Source: Tubiluchus corallicola
Taxonomy: Eukaryota; Animalia; Priapulida
DNA length: 64,000 bases
Assembly (NCBI GenBank): GCA_030141605.1
Contig: JAQGDQ010000713.1
Span: 40,486-104,485 of the forward strand
Direction of reading: 5' to 3'
The notes under the pieces are model-generated. The model worked only from the letters and a program-made list of their open reading frames with translations, was not told the DNA's origin and did no database searches. The position numbers and the translations under genes are program-made. How positions within the stretch are numbered: position 1 is the first letter of the stretch; each line of letters opens with the position of its first letter. This document shows positions 61,091 to 64,000 of this stretch, one piece after another.

Positions 61091-63094
61091 ATTTAATAAT
61101 TTCAATTAATGCTCAGTTATTTTTAATAACTGAATAATCCTATACTCAGTTTGGGTGGCTGATTTGATCACTGGTGTCTTTCGCCACCCCTTCACATTTG
61201 TTTGATAATTTAATTTATACTGATTTTCTATGTATTTTTATTGGGACAAAAATAAATTATTTGATTTTATTTGATTAATTAACAATCAAGTTGACTAAGT
61301 AACCGCACAAATTAAAGGCTGTCAGTAACGGAGGATTTACTATTACTGATTTTCATACTCAGACATAGATAATAAAATAAATGCAGGTATAATGGTGTGC
61401 ATTATAATTAAAATTGTAAGATACAATGATTGTGATTTTAAAACATGATTAATAGTTAGCTTCAACATGTGTAAGTTAGGCATATAAAATGCTAGCATCT
61501 GTGCTAAATTTCTCTGCAAAAGGAGGTGTTGTGTGTATATTTCTATTATGCCAAGTAAAGTTTTGATATCATAATCGTCATAGAGTTTAAGTTTAAACAC
61601 TAAAGAAGATGACAAATACTATGACAACGTGAACAACAGTGGAGATCTTTACAGTCACACGGAAAATATCTCGTTAGCATAATTCAGAAGATTCCAAGAA
61701 AGGCAATTAAAATTCAGAGGCTGCAGCTCAATGGCTTGCAATGGATCAGAACGACTTACACCGTCAATTATGGCGCCCTCCCGCACGTGATTGCTGGAAA
61801 ATTTATTTAAATTAGATAAAATATATTTTCGCCTTATCTATAAAACATTCAAGTACATACAGCACAACGGCAGTAAATAGGGTCTCAACTTTGAGCCACA
61901 AGAGACCAAAATTTTACATAATTAAAATAAAACAAAAATAAAAAGGTGACGTAGCGCAATTTTAGATGTACTAAAACCAGGAAATAAATTGTTATAAAAT
62001 GCAAAAGATCACGTAAATGACAAAACTAATAAAACAATTAGTGTTTCACCTATATTTCATCTATACATTAGTTTTCTCCATTTTTCCAGCATCTCAAACT
62101 AAACTTTGGCAGTAATTTTACATTCTCAGGCTTTCCCATTAAATAATTAAACTTACCTAGATCATTCCAGTCATTAAATGTGGTTTCGTATTAAAATATC
62201 CATTGATCAAATTGGTTCGTTAATTGTCAAAAACATTGTAAAAAGACGTGCGTCACACCCTCGATAGTACCTCAATTACACAATTAACATTATCGTTCAT
62301 TACCTGGGATTCTTTCATAATACACTGTTTCACTTCTAACTAGGACAGTGCGGCCAGTGCCACATTTAAGTGACGAATTGTATTACAATATCTGGCTTCA
62401 GAACCCTGTTGAAACATAAGGTATTATCTACCAATACTATTGCAAGCTAAACGTTAACTAACACGGGAAAATATTTGCCCGGCAATTAATTTACTTGAAA
62501 TTATAAGCATAAACTTTAATTATATGTATTTTCCCGTGTTTCGCGAAATACCGTTAATCGTAATATAAAACCGGATTCATGACAACGGTAAAATTTAATA
62601 GTGTTTAAACGACATATCCTGGCACAAAAAAACTAAAAAAGCAAGTAACCAAAACTTTACATTCCGGATGAGTTGTGTACAAAAAACGAATGGAGTCATT
62701 GTCGTACTGACGTAGCCATCTTTGCTCATTATAGAGCATTTAGTAGGTAATGGTTATCGTTGAATTGTATCCATGTACTGGATCCAACGGTAATGATCTT
62801 GATGAACAATGTTCTTTGTATAAAATAAACACTTCTCAAATTCATTAGTTTTTGTTGTTTAGTTTTACTTCTTCTGCTCTAAGAATTGCAAATTTACAAT
62901 CTTTTATTGTATTAAAAACGATTTTCTCACACAAAAATTCTCACCACAACTGAGAACTCGACCTGTGACAATTCTCCACATTTCCCGAACATTTGTTATT
63001 CCATTGCCAACTTGATTGTTGGATACCTAATAGAGTAGGGATAAATAATTACGACTATATATATATGTGTGTATATATAGTCGTGTTTTCAGCT

Positions 63095-63955
63095 CGCAAA
63101 GAGGACACGTGTTAATCCGTCATTCGATCACCTTTCTTCCTCCAACGTATGACCATCTTCTCTAGAAACTCCTATTCAAGTGGAACATGGTTGGAAAAAT
63201 TCGCACATGAGTGGGATTTGAATCCACACGACCTGGATCGGCAACCAAGTGATGTACCAAATGGCCATCTGATGAATATAGAATATGTGGTGTACACCTT
63301 AACAGATGGCCTAATTAATTTCGTTGATTAAAATGGAATCTATGACGTTGATTACTGTAAAACTGATATATAAGTTCATGTAAATATCAAAGTTCCTGCT
63401 GCATGTATCAGCCCTAGTGAGAACTTCCTTGTTCATATCAAAAAAATAACAAACAAATTTTACACAAACTCGTGTAAAGGTAAAAATCATAATGTGCATT
63501 TGAAAGACTACATCACTCCACGTATCTAGGAGACTATAAATTTAGCAAAATGTTGTAAACTTTCCCTTTTTCTTTTATAAATGCTTCTGGTTTTATAAGT
63601 AAGAAATTCTAAAGCAGAATTTTCAGAGAGACAATCAAGTGAAAAATAAATTATCACAAAAATTAGGCCTAACTTGGAGTGCCTAACTGCAACTAGCCTA
63701 ACACAGTCGATTATATACTTATTTGCTGTTAATTTGACTGGTTTTTAACTCACTTCACACTTTGATTGTTATTTAATTACAATAATTATAATAAAGCATT
63801 AAAAGATAAATGCAATGGTCATCATCAAACGCCCCTTACGCCTTGACAGACTGGACAGTCAAAGTATTAAAATACAGAGGAAATTTGCCATCAAGGCAAG
63901 TAAACACAATCTAGTCACTTTTCATAGTGAATCAGAAGTGGAGATTATTTTTTTC
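63095..63955 (+). repeat. Paralogous copy of the RPTP upstream region (probable start of the next tandem gene unit)
   Basis: Collinear similarity to 33915-35110. Confidence 0.85.
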
Positions 63956-64000
63956 TTCAGATCGTCTGGGGAGTCAACACAGGAGACGAAATATACTATA

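Overview
AT-rich, intron-rich animal (invertebrate) genomic DNA; not prokaryotic. (1) 1084-12623 (+): seven internal exons of a class I PI3K catalytic subunit, p110alpha/PIK3CA-like (RBD, C2, start of helical domain). Its introns hold MITEs and tandem arrays, three of which are amplified copies of the gene's own splice junctions. I found no kinase-domain exons downstream. (2) ~19965-27400 (+): a 5S-rRNA-derived segment directly upstream of a 3'-truncated BEL/Pao LTR retrotransposon. Its Gag ORF carries, in frame and without introns, a complete glycogenin-type GT8 catalytic domain with the catalytic and self-glucosylation residues retained. This is the standout observation. (3) ~29350-64000 (+): a tandem array of receptor-PTP-like genes, comprising a pseudogenised 3' relic, one full 24-exon copy (35739-61090; signal peptide, 5 WSC, EGF-like, 4 FN3, 2 EGF, TM, Tyr motifs, single D2-like PTP domain; one apparent frameshift) and the upstream region of a next copy. 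All calls come from reading the sequence and recalled family motifs; no database searches were run.
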